A DNA stretch of 64,000 nucleotides from an uncultured archaeon (GTDB lineage: Archaea > Asgardarchaeota > Lokiarchaeia > Sigyniarchaeales > SOKP01), in assembly GCA_964632315.1 (NCBI GenBank), contig CAZWEM010000006.1, positions 1 through 64,000 on the forward strand. The letters are read 5' to 3'. The notes under the pieces were generated by a model. The model had not been told where the DNA came from, did not search any database, and saw only the letters and a list, made by a program, of their open reading frames with translations. Shown one piece after another: positions 50,729-59,992 of the stretch. Each line of letters starts with the position of its first letter. Within the stretch, counting starts at the first letter, position 1. The position numbers and the translations under genes were made by a program.

Positions 50729-51613
50729 ATGATTGATTATGAAAAAATCTTATTAAATGGAAATTTTGAATACCAGAATAAAATAATTAATAGAACTGAA
50801 CTTCTGCATGAAAATAAGATGCTAAAATATCCTGTACTAATTATAACATGCATGGACCCAAGAATTGATATATATCGTATATTTCAATTAAAAACGGGAG
50901 ACGTCTTTGTTTTAAGAAATGCTGGTAATATTTTCACTAATGATATGCTTAGATCAATATTAATCGCAATTCATGAATATGGAGTTAAAAATATTGTCAT
51001 TTTAGGTCATTTGGATTGTGGAATGACAAAAATTTCTCTTAAAGATCTCCAAGTAAAATTGAATAGATCAACATTAAAACATATCACTGGAAATCACACA
51101 AATATATATTTAGGGCTTCAGAGATTTTTCAGGAATTTCGCAGATGAGTTAAAGAATATTGAAAACCAAATTGAATCAATGAAAGATTCAGGCTTTTTTC
51201 CCTCTGACGTGAAAATTAATGGAATGCTATATGATCCCGCTTCAGGATGGGTATTTGATTTAGAGCATATCAAGAAATATGGAGTTAAAGCACTTTTATA
51301 TGAAAATTATGGAGTTTTGATTAAAGAAAAGGAAGAAGAATACAGAAGAATCTATCAGAAAAGCGAAAAAAACAATGATTCGACCAAAGAAGTTTTACCT
51401 GAAATAGAGGTGACTAAACCTAATCAAATTAGAGAACAAAGTGATGATAAGGAAAAGAAGCTTCCATTAGATGTAAACACTGATCTTATAAGTGATATTT
51501 CGCTTGTAAACAAAATAAAAGTACCTAAGGTGCCAAAAGTATACATTCCTAAGGTTAAAGTAAATATACCTCACATTTATAAGAAAAAGCTAGAAAAAGA
51601 CTCGCTAAATTAA
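50729..51613 (+). CDS. Beta-class carbonic anhydrase with C-terminal extension
   Basis: TCMDPR, RNAGN, HxDCGM zinc ligands. Confidence 0.9.
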   Translation: MIDYEKILLNGNFEYQNKIINRTELLHENKMLKYPVLIITCMDPRIDIYRIFQLKTGDVFVLRNAGNIFTNDMLRSILIAIHEYGVKNIVILGHLDCGMTKISLKDLQVKLNRSTLKHITGNHTNIYLGLQRFFRNFADELKNIENQIESMKDSGFFPSDVKINGMLYDPASGWVFDLEHIKKYGVKALLYENYGVLIKEKEEEYRRIYQKSEKNNDSTKEVLPEIEVTKPNQIREQSDDKEKKLPLDVNTDLISDISLVNKIKVPKVPKVYIPKVKVNIPHIYKKKLEKDSLN

Positions 51614-51687
51614 TTTTTCATATTTTTAATTCTATTTTGTTCGAAAAATTGTTAAAAATGTTAATTAATAATGTTAATTAATAATTT

Positions 51688-52971
51688 TTAAGAGATAATG
51701 TTTGGATTTAGTTCTTGAGTCTGTCCCAATAATTTACTAAAGTCGAAATTATCATTCAGTATTTCAGATTTATATCGTTTAATGTTTACTTTATTAAACA
51801 CCGCTTTTTGAATTAAAGGTTTTATTTTTTTCTTATTAATATTTTTTCCAAGGATCAACGCACCTATTAAATTGTCTTTATTGAGTACAAATTTACGGCA
51901 AAACTTATTTTGAAAAGAGATGTATGAAATTTCATCGAAATTTTTTTTAGAATGGGTGATTCCAGCGGCGATTGCTTTAAAACCAAAACCCTTTATCGAT
52001 TGGATTGGAATTGTGCCTTTATATTCTTTATTTTGACCATTCATATTTTCAGCAGCAATTTTACCTTGTTTTTTCGCATTTTGCCATGTTGGGTGAAGCA
52101 TGGGTTTCTCATAAAGAGGATCTTCAATTTGAGCAACATCCCCAGCAGCAAAAATATTAGGAATATTGGTTTTTAGAAATTTATCAACGATGATGCCTTT
52201 ATCAAGAATTATTTTGGTTTCTTCTAAAAATTCGATGTTTGGTCGTATTCCAATTGTTATAATAGCAATATCACATGGAATCTCTCGAGAACTCTTTAAA
52301 GTAACAGAGTTTAACTTGCCATCCTTACCATTGAACTTCAGTACTTCATCATTAAAATGAAGATCTATGTTGCGTTCAATAAATTCTTTTTCGAATATCC
52401 TTGATATTTTTCGATCGAACCCAACCGGCCAGAGATGTGAACTCTTCTCTATAATCGTAATTTTTAAACCTATTTTGATGAAATTCTTTACTAATTTCAT
52501 TGCAATTGACCCTCCCCCGATGATCACAACATTCTTAGCATTACAAACTTGCTCTGTAATTTTTTTAGCATCGTCGATCGTGTACAAGGTATAAATTCCT
52601 TTAAGATCAGCTCCTTCTAAAGGTAACGAGATAGGAGATCCGCCTGAAGCGACTAAAAGGTAATCATAACCTATTTTAGAATTATCTTCCAAGATAACTT
52701 GATTTTCATCTGGATTCACTTTAATTACTTTTCCATAATAAAAATTAATATTCAATTTTTCATAAAAGTCATCACCCTTAGCAAAAAGATCTTCTACAGA
52801 GCAACTACTTGATATTAAATTTATAATTTTTTTTCTCTTGTAATAAACGTAATTTTCAGTTGAAATTAAGTTAATCGTGCTCAACGGATCAAGTAACCTT
52901 AATTTTTCAGCAGCCATTGCACCTGCTGGTCCCCCACCAATAATCACATAATTATTTCCCATAATAATCAT
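51688..52971 (-). CDS. FAD/NAD(P)-dependent oxidoreductase (NirB-N / rubredoxin reductase-like)
   Basis: GGGPAG, YDYLLVASG, second Rossmann IIGGG, T..PNIFAAGD. Confidence 0.88.
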   Translation of the reverse strand: MIIMGNNYVIIGGGPAGAMAAEKLRLLDPLSTINLISTENYVYYKRKKIINLISSSCSVEDLFAKGDDFYEKLNINFYYGKVIKVNPDENQVILEDNSKIGYDYLLVASGGSPISLPLEGADLKGIYTLYTIDDAKKITEQVCNAKNVVIIGGGSIAMKLVKNFIKIGLKITIIEKSSHLWPVGFDRKISRIFEKEFIERNIDLHFNDEVLKFNGKDGKLNSVTLKSSREIPCDIAIITIGIRPNIEFLEETKIILDKGIIVDKFLKTNIPNIFAAGDVAQIEDPLYEKPMLHPTWQNAKKQGKIAAENMNGQNKEYKGTIPIQSIKGFGFKAIAAGITHSKKNFDEISYISFQNKFCRKFVLNKDNLIGALILGKNINKKKIKPLIQKAVFNKVNIKRYKSEILNDNFDFSKLLGQTQELNPNIIS

Positions 52972-53257
52972 ACCTCGAAAGGATTTTTTAGGAATAATTT
53001 TTAACTAATAATTTTCTTTCAAAATAGGATCTAACCTGGAAAATATAATTATACTGCTTAAAGAATATAAATTAAAAGGTAGATTTGAAATTCCTTTTAA
53101 AGCTCTAAAGCATAATTGTTTATGATAATGAATTTTGTCAATTTTTTTCTTCAAGAAATTACCTTTTTTAATACTTATTCTGATGTGAATAAAATTTTTA
53201 ATTTAGAATTTATTTTTCTTCTTACATAAAATTAAATTCTCAATGATATCAAATTAA

Positions 53258-53390
53258 GCCCTAGTTGCTTAGCTGGTAGAGCGTTTTACGTTAAAATCGA
53301 TTTAATGTACGCGAAGCCTTGGTAAGGCAAAGGTCGGGGGTTCAAAATGTGATAACATCTCGTAATCACGTGAAAATCCCCCCTGGGGCT
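53258..53390 (+). tRNA. tRNA-Thr(GGT) with two introns: 53286-53315 (position 28/29) and 53347-53376 (59/60)
   Basis: Acceptor GCCCTAG/CTGGGGC, anticodon arm TTGCC-TTGGTAA-GGCAA and T arm GGGGG-TTCAAAT-CCCCC after intron removal. The 59/60 BHB is strict; the 28/29 one is relaxed and its junction is less certain. Confidence 0.9.
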
Positions 53391-53402
53391 TGAATTCAAA
53401 AG

Positions 53403-53552
53403 GCCGGTGTGGCTTAGCTGGTTATAGCGCCAGACACGCATCAATCTGAAAAATTGGGTCAGACTGAAAGCGCTGGACTCATAATCTGGAGGTCGAGGGC
53501 TCGAAAAGTTGCTGGAAATCACTCCAGTAATTCGGGGATCCCTCCACCGGCA
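53403..53552 (+). tRNA. tRNA-Met(CAT), elongator type, with two introns: 53436-53478 (32/33) and 53506-53538 (59/60)
   Basis: Acceptor GCCGGTG/CACCGGC, CCAGA-CTCATAA-TCTGG, GAGGG-CTCGAAT-CCCTC; central BHB helices CCAG/CTGG and CTCG/CGGG. Confidence 0.9.
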
Positions 53553-53561
53553 TTCTTTTTT
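53553..53561 (+). terminator. T-rich archaeal terminator after the tRNA pair
   Basis: TTCTTTTTT immediately after the discriminator base. Confidence 0.5.
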
Positions 53562-53599
53562 ACTCAAATAATAATTAAATAACTCAAACTAAGATATAA

Positions 53600-54232
53600 A
53601 TGGTTATTGAATGGATTATTTTTGACGCTTGGGGTGTCATATACCAACCCGGAAACCTGATTAAAGAGATGTTAATCCCTTTTATCACAGAAAGGAATCC
53701 AAAAATAAGTGAAAATCAAATTTACAAACTATATCTAAAAGCAAGTGTTGGAGAAATCTCATCAAAAGAAATATGGGAGGCATTAGAATTTAAGTCAGGT
53801 TATCCAGAAATAGAAAATTTATATATAAGTTCTCATAGATCTATTTTGGAGCCCGATTTTATACAAGTTGCTAAAAATTTACGCAAAAGTTTCAAGTTAG
53901 GCCTAATTTCAAATGATGTGAAGGAATGGTCTCTAGCACTACTTGAGAGATTTAATATTAAGGATTATTTCGATTTGATTTTGATTAGTGGAGAGATAAA
54001 AGTTAGGAAACCAGATCAATCAATCTTTGGTAAATTTATCGAATTGTCAAATTCTAAACCTGAAAATTGTGTGTTCATTGATGATCGCCTTGAAAATTTA
54101 AGGGCCGCAAACGAATTTGGAATGAATTGCTTAAGATTCATTAAAAGAGAAACAAAAGTAGCATTTTGCTCTAAATTTGAAATTTCTAACTTTACAGAAT
54201 TAGTACATATTTTAGATAATTTCTTCACGTAA
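53600..54232 (+). CDS. HAD-family hydrolase
   Basis: IIFDAWGV, ISN, KP, FIDD...N. Confidence 0.9.
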   Translation: MVIEWIIFDAWGVIYQPGNLIKEMLIPFITERNPKISENQIYKLYLKASVGEISSKEIWEALEFKSGYPEIENLYISSHRSILEPDFIQVAKNLRKSFKLGLISNDVKEWSLALLERFNIKDYFDLILISGEIKVRKPDQSIFGKFIELSNSKPENCVFIDDRLENLRAANEFGMNCLRFIKRETKVAFCSKFEISNFTELVHILDNFFT

Positions 54233-55432
54233 TTTTATTCCCTCATTTTTAGAGGGAAATCTATGAACATAACAACGAGTAGGTAAACCACTTTCTATCG
54301 CAGCTAAACACCTATTACATGAAATACACGATACTTCGCTAACTCCTTTTCGAAAATTTTTAACTAAGAAAGGCTCTCGAATAAAAGGTCTTGAAAGTGA
54401 TACAAAATCAGCTTGATTAGTAGAAATAATTGATTCCATATCTGCTACTTTACGCATGCCTCCTACTAATATTAAAGGAAAATCACCAAGCATCTTGCGA
54501 ACTACTTTCGAATCACTAACATTATAAGGAAAATCAAATTCGAATTTTCCTTTTAATTTCTTAAACATCGATTTTGCGACGGGTTTCTTCCAAGCTTCAA
54601 GAAATTCAATTATCTCTTCTGCTGGAACTTTTCCCCGACACATGTTCATGAAAGAAAACATACCTGAACCACCACTCGCTTCTAGACCATCTACACCTAA
54701 CTCTTTCATCCATTTTCCGTACTTAGCAGCTAAAGCAGGAGTTACACCATCATTGACATGATCGTTTATGTTATACTTAACTAGAAACAGCTTTTCTTTT
54801 GGTAAATCTTTCTTAACTCTTGAAATTATCTCTCTGAAAATTCTGAATCTTTTTTCATCTGAACCCCCCCATTTGTCATCCCTTCTATTGAAATAAGGGG
54901 AAAGGAATTGGCTTAATAGATATGTATGAGCAGCATGAAGTTGCATCCCATCAGCGCCAGCAGAAATGCATCTTGAAGCTGCTTCGCAAAAAGAAGTTAT
55001 AATTTCCTCGATTTGGTCCTCACTTGCTTCCTTTGCTTTTTCCAGAGTTGTTGGATTTCGAATCTTCCCAGAAGGAGCGATTGGGTCTCCATTAATTACC
55101 TTTTTTTTTGTCTGCATTCCTGCATGAGCAATCTGAAAAATAATCTTACCTCCATTCTCGTGGACTCTTTCCGCGAGTTTTTCTAATCCAGGAAGGAATT
55201 CATCTGAATATATATTAGTCTGATATTGATATGCCCTTCCTAAAGGATGTACGTTCATGTATCCTGATATTATCAAACCTATTTCTCCTTTCGCAAGAGT
55301 TTCATACATTTTTAAAAGCTTTTCAGTCACTTTCCCTTCTTTAGTTGCCATGCCTTCATAAGTAGCAGAACGCACAAACCTATTTTGAAATTTAAAAGAA
55401 CCTATCTTGAAAGGAGAAAATAATATTGACAT
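54212..55432 (-). CDS. NADH:flavin oxidoreductase (old yellow enzyme family)
   Basis: NRFVRSAT, QIAHAG, HAAHxYLLSQFLSP, NRRxDxWGG, SRPFIREP, CISCNRC. Confidence 0.93.
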   Translation of the reverse strand: MSILFSPFKIGSFKFQNRFVRSATYEGMATKEGKVTEKLLKMYETLAKGEIGLIISGYMNVHPLGRAYQYQTNIYSDEFLPGLEKLAERVHENGGKIIFQIAHAGMQTKKKVINGDPIAPSGKIRNPTTLEKAKEASEDQIEEIITSFCEAASRCISAGADGMQLHAAHTYLLSQFLSPYFNRRDDKWGGSDEKRFRIFREIISRVKKDLPKEKLFLVKYNINDHVNDGVTPALAAKYGKWMKELGVDGLEASGGSGMFSFMNMCRGKVPAEEIIEFLEAWKKPVAKSMFKKLKGKFEFDFPYNVSDSKVVRKMLGDFPLILVGGMRKVADMESIISTNQADFVSLSRPFIREPFLVKNFRKGVSEVSCISCNRCLAAIESGLPTRCYVHRFPSKNEGIKLREEII

Positions 55433-55553
55433 TTTTATCTTATATGAGACTTTAGATTAAAACGAATAATTTTTGCGTATTTTTAACTTCTTTCAAAAAA
55501 TACTAAAAAAAGTTCCAAAATCTAATTAGAAAAATAATAAATTTTGTAGAAAT

Positions 55554-56327
55554 TTAATTCTTAGCCCATTTCCAAGCAGTTGTTATAGCTCCTTGTCGAC
55601 AAGTTGCCACACAATTTCCACATAAAATACATTCTATGTTTTCCATCGAGCTATTTTGTACCATTGCAGTGACGTCAAGGCTCATTGGACAGCTTTTAGA
55701 ACACATCTTACATTTAGTGCACTTTTCTGTATCAGCTTCTAAGTGATATGAAGGATATTTAAGTTTATTTTTGATCCACGCTCCTATAATCATGAATGGC
55801 GCCATCCAACATACATAATGGCATCCTGCTCTTTTTCCAGCTGCAAAAGTAATTAAGAGTAAGCTAAACACTACCGTTAGATAAATTACATATCCACTGG
55901 GAGAATCAACTGAGATACCCGATTCAGTAAGATGAAACATATTGATAGCGCTATATCCTCCTGCCATTATAGCAAAGGTAGCGATCATTCCTATCCAAGG
56001 GATCCAAATGGCCCATTTAATTAAATTTCGTTTTCCTCCTTTGGAAGTTTTGTTATGGACCATCCCACCAAATTCCATTAATCCTCCACCTGGACACAGA
56101 TAAGAACAAAATGCCCTCCCAACAATCAAGGAGCTAATAAAGAGTCCAACAAATACAATGAAACTCCCGTTAATAATTCCTTCCATAGCGCTTTCAATGA
56201 TGACGTATGGAGAGAGATAATTCATTGTAATTGGAAATAACAGAAGTGATATAAATAAAATACCTTTTCTAAGCTTCTGATTTGGCTTTTTAGATTTTCC
56301 TTCTTCAGTTTTATTCACTTTCTTCAC
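55554..56327 (-). CDS. Membrane 4Fe-4S protein (NapH/YccM-like)
   Basis: GRAFCSYLCP, CxxxC, two CxxCxxCxxxC motifs, 4 TM. Confidence 0.9.
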   Translation of the reverse strand: MKKVNKTEEGKSKKPNQKLRKGILFISLLLFPITMNYLSPYVIIESAMEGIINGSFIVFVGLFISSLIVGRAFCSYLCPGGGLMEFGGMVHNKTSKGGKRNLIKWAIWIPWIGMIATFAIMAGGYSAINMFHLTESGISVDSPSGYVIYLTVVFSLLLITFAAGKRAGCHYVCWMAPFMIIGAWIKNKLKYPSYHLEADTEKCTKCKMCSKSCPMSLDVTAMVQNSSMENIECILCGNCVATCRQGAITTAWKWAKN

Positions 56328-56826
56328 GCCTCATCTCATTTACTCTCTTCATAATCTGTTTTGTGAATTCTATAGCTTTTTCATTTACTTCTTCTTCTCC
56401 TTTTTGCATTGGATCCTGAAAGCCAGTTTCAGCAATAATATTAGTATTTTCAAGTAATTCTTTGAATTTTTGCATTGCTTTTACCCCATCTCCTGCATAA
56501 CACATCCAGAGAGCAACATTCTTACCTGAAAGATCATGATTCTTTATGAAAGAATGGATAGGAGGTGAATATCTCCAAGCCCATACGGGGGTTCCCAATA
56601 CCAATAGATCATATTCCTCTGGTTTAATGGTATAATCTTCCAACTTTGGCTTTTTATTCATGTATGCTTGAAATCCACCCCAGAAATATCTCATTCCACT
56701 ATTTGCTTTTAGTTGTTTTATGGGTTTTAAGGGCAGTATATCTGAATTCAGCTCGGACCTTATTTTCTCCGCTATAAATTTGGTATTTCCAGTTAAGGAA
56801 TAATACACAATTAATATTTTCGTCAT
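56311..56826 (-). CDS. Flavodoxin
   Basis: YYSLTGNT, GTPVWA. Confidence 0.92.
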   Translation of the reverse strand: MTKILIVYYSLTGNTKFIAEKIRSELNSDILPLKPIKQLKANSGMRYFWGGFQAYMNKKPKLEDYTIKPEEYDLLVLGTPVWAWRYSPPIHSFIKNHDLSGKNVALWMCYAGDGVKAMQKFKELLENTNIIAETGFQDPMQKGEEEVNEKAIEFTKQIMKRVNEMRREESE

Positions 56827-56849
56827 ATTTCAACCTCTTAATCTTTTAT

Positions 56850-57515
56850 TTATTCCTTTGGTTTTAATCCTTCTGCGATGATATCGAAGGTAAATTTAAC
56901 AAGTTCATCTGGATCAATGCCATATTTTTCTATATCATTTTTATGCTGCATTAATTCCTTCATCATTCCATTGGTTAGATTAGATAGCATAAAACCAATT
57001 AATAAAGGAGGTTTATCATTTCGAATTTGCTTACTCTGAATGGCTTTTCCCAATATCACTACAAAATACTCCCCAAATTCTTCCGATTTTTGTAAGTAGG
57101 CTTTTTCAATCTCATCCAGGTCCTTTTTGTCTTTTTTATCTAAATTTGGTACTTTCTGAGCAACATCATGAAAAATATTCGCGTATGCGGGATATTTCTT
57201 AATGAAATTGTAGTAGGATAAGCCTACTTCTTTTACTTGTTGGATACCAGGTTCAATCTTTTCCATTCGTTTCTTTAGAAGATTTAAAAAAAGTTCATAT
57301 GCTTTAGTGGCTATTGCTAAATACAAGGCATCTTTAAGTTCATTAGTCTCGAAGGCATTGTATAAAGTTCCTTTGCTATATCCTGCTTCATCTGCAACAT
57401 CTTGCATTGTTGTATTTTCATATCCTTTACTTAAGAACAACTTTTCAGCAGCTTCGAGAACAATTTTTCTCCTATGTTCTTCAATTAGTAATTTTTCTTT
57501 TTCTTTTCCGCTCAT
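56850..57515 (-). CDS. TetR/AcrR-family transcriptional regulator
   Basis: AAEKLF..KGY..TTM.DVA..AG.SKGTLY..F. Confidence 0.95.
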   Translation of the reverse strand: MSGKEKEKLLIEEHRRKIVLEAAEKLFLSKGYENTTMQDVADEAGYSKGTLYNAFETNELKDALYLAIATKAYELFLNLLKKRMEKIEPGIQQVKEVGLSYYNFIKKYPAYANIFHDVAQKVPNLDKKDKKDLDEIEKAYLQKSEEFGEYFVVILGKAIQSKQIRNDKPPLLIGFMLSNLTNGMMKELMQHKNDIEKYGIDPDELVKFTFDIIAEGLKPKE

Positions 57516-57539
57516 ATTTCATTCCTTTTTAATATGCAT

Positions 57540-57640
57540 TGACCAAGGGTCAAGAGCTTAACCATAGGTCATTAATAGATCATAGTTTATTTTACTATTT
57601 AAACTTTTGTACTAAAGGTCACTATCTTGACTCTTGGTCA
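57540..57640. promoter_or_regulatory. Four TGACC-N3-GGTCA-type palindromes flanking the TATA box of the TetR operon
   Basis: 57540 TGACCAAGGGTCA, 57559 TAACCATAGGTCA, 57609 GTACTAAAGGTCA, 57628 TGACTCTTGGTCA; minus-strand TTTAAATA at 57596-57603. Confidence 0.75.
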
Positions 57641-57720
57641 TTACAATGAAAATTAAATTGAATTCTAACATCATTGTATTTTTTATCTAATTCTTTATAA
57701 AAAGAAGAGGAAAGAATAAC

Positions 57721-58536
57721 TTACTGATCTTCTTTAACCAGAGTTCCCCCAGATCGTTTAACTGCTTTCTTTTTAAAATTTTTTTGAAATCCTGGTTTAT
57801 AATTCATATATGTAGGGATAGGATATCGTAATCCTGCTTTATGAGTTACTTTTAGTCCATCCACTAGGGAATTTATTTTAGAGCTTGGGATGGAAAATAG
57901 GACCTCATCGTCTTGAGCTCCACCCCATACACGATCTCCATTTCCTAGAATTACTAATTGAGGTTTATCTTTGAGAAAAGTTTTGATGACTCCATCGTGG
58001 CATGATCCACCTCTTCCAGCGGCAGAGAATTCGAGTACTCCACCTTCATAATAAAGATGTGCTTGTATTAGTCTCATAGCTTGAGCCGGATTGCAAAATA
58101 TTAAAATGACATCTGGGACAACTTTTGAACGAGTTAAAGGAGATATGATAATACCTAAATACGAATTGGGTAAAATTTTTAATTGTTTTGTCCATTTTTC
58201 AGCAATTTCCTCAGAATGGGAATATAGTCCAACACTAAATTGATTACCGAATTTGAGTGATTCGGGCGTTATTTCATCCCAATTATACACGGTTCGAGCG
58301 ACCTTACAAGAGCAATCTTCATTCATGACCGCGATCGTCCACCCATAGGTGCGAGCCATCTTAAAATTTTGGCAAACAAACATTTCTAAATTTAGATCTT
58401 GATGCGCTCTCTTAAAATTTTCTAAAATTTCAGATTTATCCTTGATCATTTTTACAGCTAATGGAAAAGAGGCAAGTCGTAGATATTTTTCCAATTCAAA
58501 ACCAAACTCATGGAATGTTTTGAGATCATCAATCAT
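57721..58536 (-). CDS. DUF169-family protein
   Basis: PLAVK, CQ...AR..G, CxC, PDVI....NPAQ.MRL, GxGDR. Confidence 0.85.
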   Translation of the reverse strand: MIDDLKTFHEFGFELEKYLRLASFPLAVKMIKDKSEILENFKRAHQDLNLEMFVCQNFKMARTYGWTIAVMNEDCSCKVARTVYNWDEITPESLKFGNQFSVGLYSHSEEIAEKWTKQLKILPNSYLGIIISPLTRSKVVPDVILIFCNPAQAMRLIQAHLYYEGGVLEFSAAGRGGSCHDGVIKTFLKDKPQLVILGNGDRVWGGAQDDEVLFSIPSSKINSLVDGLKVTHKAGLRYPIPTYMNYKPGFQKNFKKKAVKRSGGTLVKEDQ

Positions 58537-58630
58537 AATTTTTTAACGCTAATTAGTATTAGTTTATAGTAGATTGAATTGTTCGATGTTTGATTATTAA
58601 ATATTAATTTAAACTATATATTACTATCTT

Positions 58631-59992
58631 ATGGTAAATTCCTTCCAACCTTTTAGATATAATTCAATTGAAGATTTAAATTCAGAACTGAATAAACTTG
58701 AAATTCAGCTTCCCATAAGTGGTGAAGTTGAGGTTTTAAAGGAGAAAGTTCAGGTTAATAATCGAATAATACAAAATCGGCTGGCAATTCAACCCATGGA
58801 AGGTTTTGATGCAGATTTAGACGGAACCCCTACTGATCTCACTTTTCGTCGGTATTTGCGTTATGCCGAAGGAGGAGCGGGTTTAATTTGGTTTGAAGCT
58901 ACTGCTATCACCAAGGAAAGCCGTTCAAATAATCATCAATTGTTATTATCTGAAGCTAACGTGGATAGTTTCCGAAATTTAGTAAGTAAAACGAAGGAAC
59001 AATGCAATACTACATTAAAAAAGTTAGGGTTTAAAAAAGAATGCATGGTTGTTCTTCAATTGAATCACTCGGGTAGATACTCGACAAAAGAAGGCGAAAA
59101 ATATCCAATAAGAGTTTTTGAATTTAAGGAATTAGATGATGCTCTTAAAGTTAACCAAAAGGTTGGAAAAATCATAACTGATACTGAGTTAAAGCTTCTC
59201 GAGGATATATGGATAAAAAAGGTTCTCCTAGCTAAAGAAGCAGGTTTTGATGCGGTTGATATCAAAGCTTGTCATGGTTACCTTATTAGTGAGCTATTGG
59301 CAGCTAGGACGCGTTCAGATTCTATTTATGGGGGGGAATCTTTAGAAAATAGATCTCGATTTTTAGTTAATATTTTCTCCAAACTAAAAAAAAAAGTTAA
59401 TTCCTCAGATAATTTTATCTTAACAACTCGATTTGGAGCATATGATGGAAATCCTTTTCCTTTAGGGTTTGGAGTAAGTTCATCTTTTGATGATGAAATG
59501 CCAATTCCAGATCTTAGTGAACCATTGGAAATTATTCGAAAACTTTATGCCTTAGGATTGCGTTTAATAAACATTACTGCTGGAAATCCTCACTTTATAC
59601 CCCAAATCACTCGGCCATTTGATATTCCTGTAAAAGGAGGAGAAAAATCAACTGAGCATCCATTATTAGGAGTTAAACGCTTAATTGATCTATGCCATCA
59701 ATTGAAGCAAAATTTGCCTGAAGATCTGGTAATAATTGGATCTGGCTATTCATATTTGAGACAATTTGCGGGTTATTTAGCTGCTGGAGCAATTAAAGAA
59801 AGCTTTGCCGATCTTTGTGGATTTGGAAGGATGGCAATAGCAAACCCTAACTTTCCAAAACAGATCTTTCAAAATGGGATTATCGATAAAAAACAATCTT
59901 GTATTGCTTGTTCTAAATGCTCGCAACTCATGAGAGAAGGTAAAAATATGGGTTGTGCAATTCGAGATCCTTTATATAAGGGAACAACTTAA
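58631..59992 (+). CDS. NADH:flavin oxidoreductase (old yellow enzyme family)
   Basis: IQPMEG.D, QLNHSGR, DIKACHGYL, YGG.SLENR, CIACSKC. Confidence 0.9.
   Translation: MVNSFQPFRYNSIEDLNSELNKLEIQLPISGEVEVLKEKVQVNNRIIQNRLAIQPMEGFDADLDGTPTDLTFRRYLRYAEGGAGLIWFEATAITKESRSNNHQLLLSEANVDSFRNLVSKTKEQCNTTLKKLGFKKECMVVLQLNHSGRYSTKEGEKYPIRVFEFKELDDALKVNQKVGKIITDTELKLLEDIWIKKVLLAKEAGFDAVDIKACHGYLISELLAARTRSDSIYGGESLENRSRFLVNIFSKLKKKVNSSDNFILTTRFGAYDGNPFPLGFGVSSSFDDEMPIPDLSEPLEIIRKLYALGLRLINITAGNPHFIPQITRPFDIPVKGGEKSTEHPLLGVKRLIDLCHQLKQNLPEDLVIIGSGYSYLRQFAGYLAAGAIKESFADLCGFGRMAIANPNFPKQIFQNGIIDKKQSCIACSKCSQLMREGKNMGCAIRDPLYKGTT

Noticed and set aside
51657-51682. 13-bp tandem duplication AATGTTAATTAAT
   Set aside because: Short AT-rich duplication between convergent genes with no sign of function.
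53286-53567. 93 aa minus-strand ORF
   Set aside because: Antisense shadow of the two intron-containing tRNAs.
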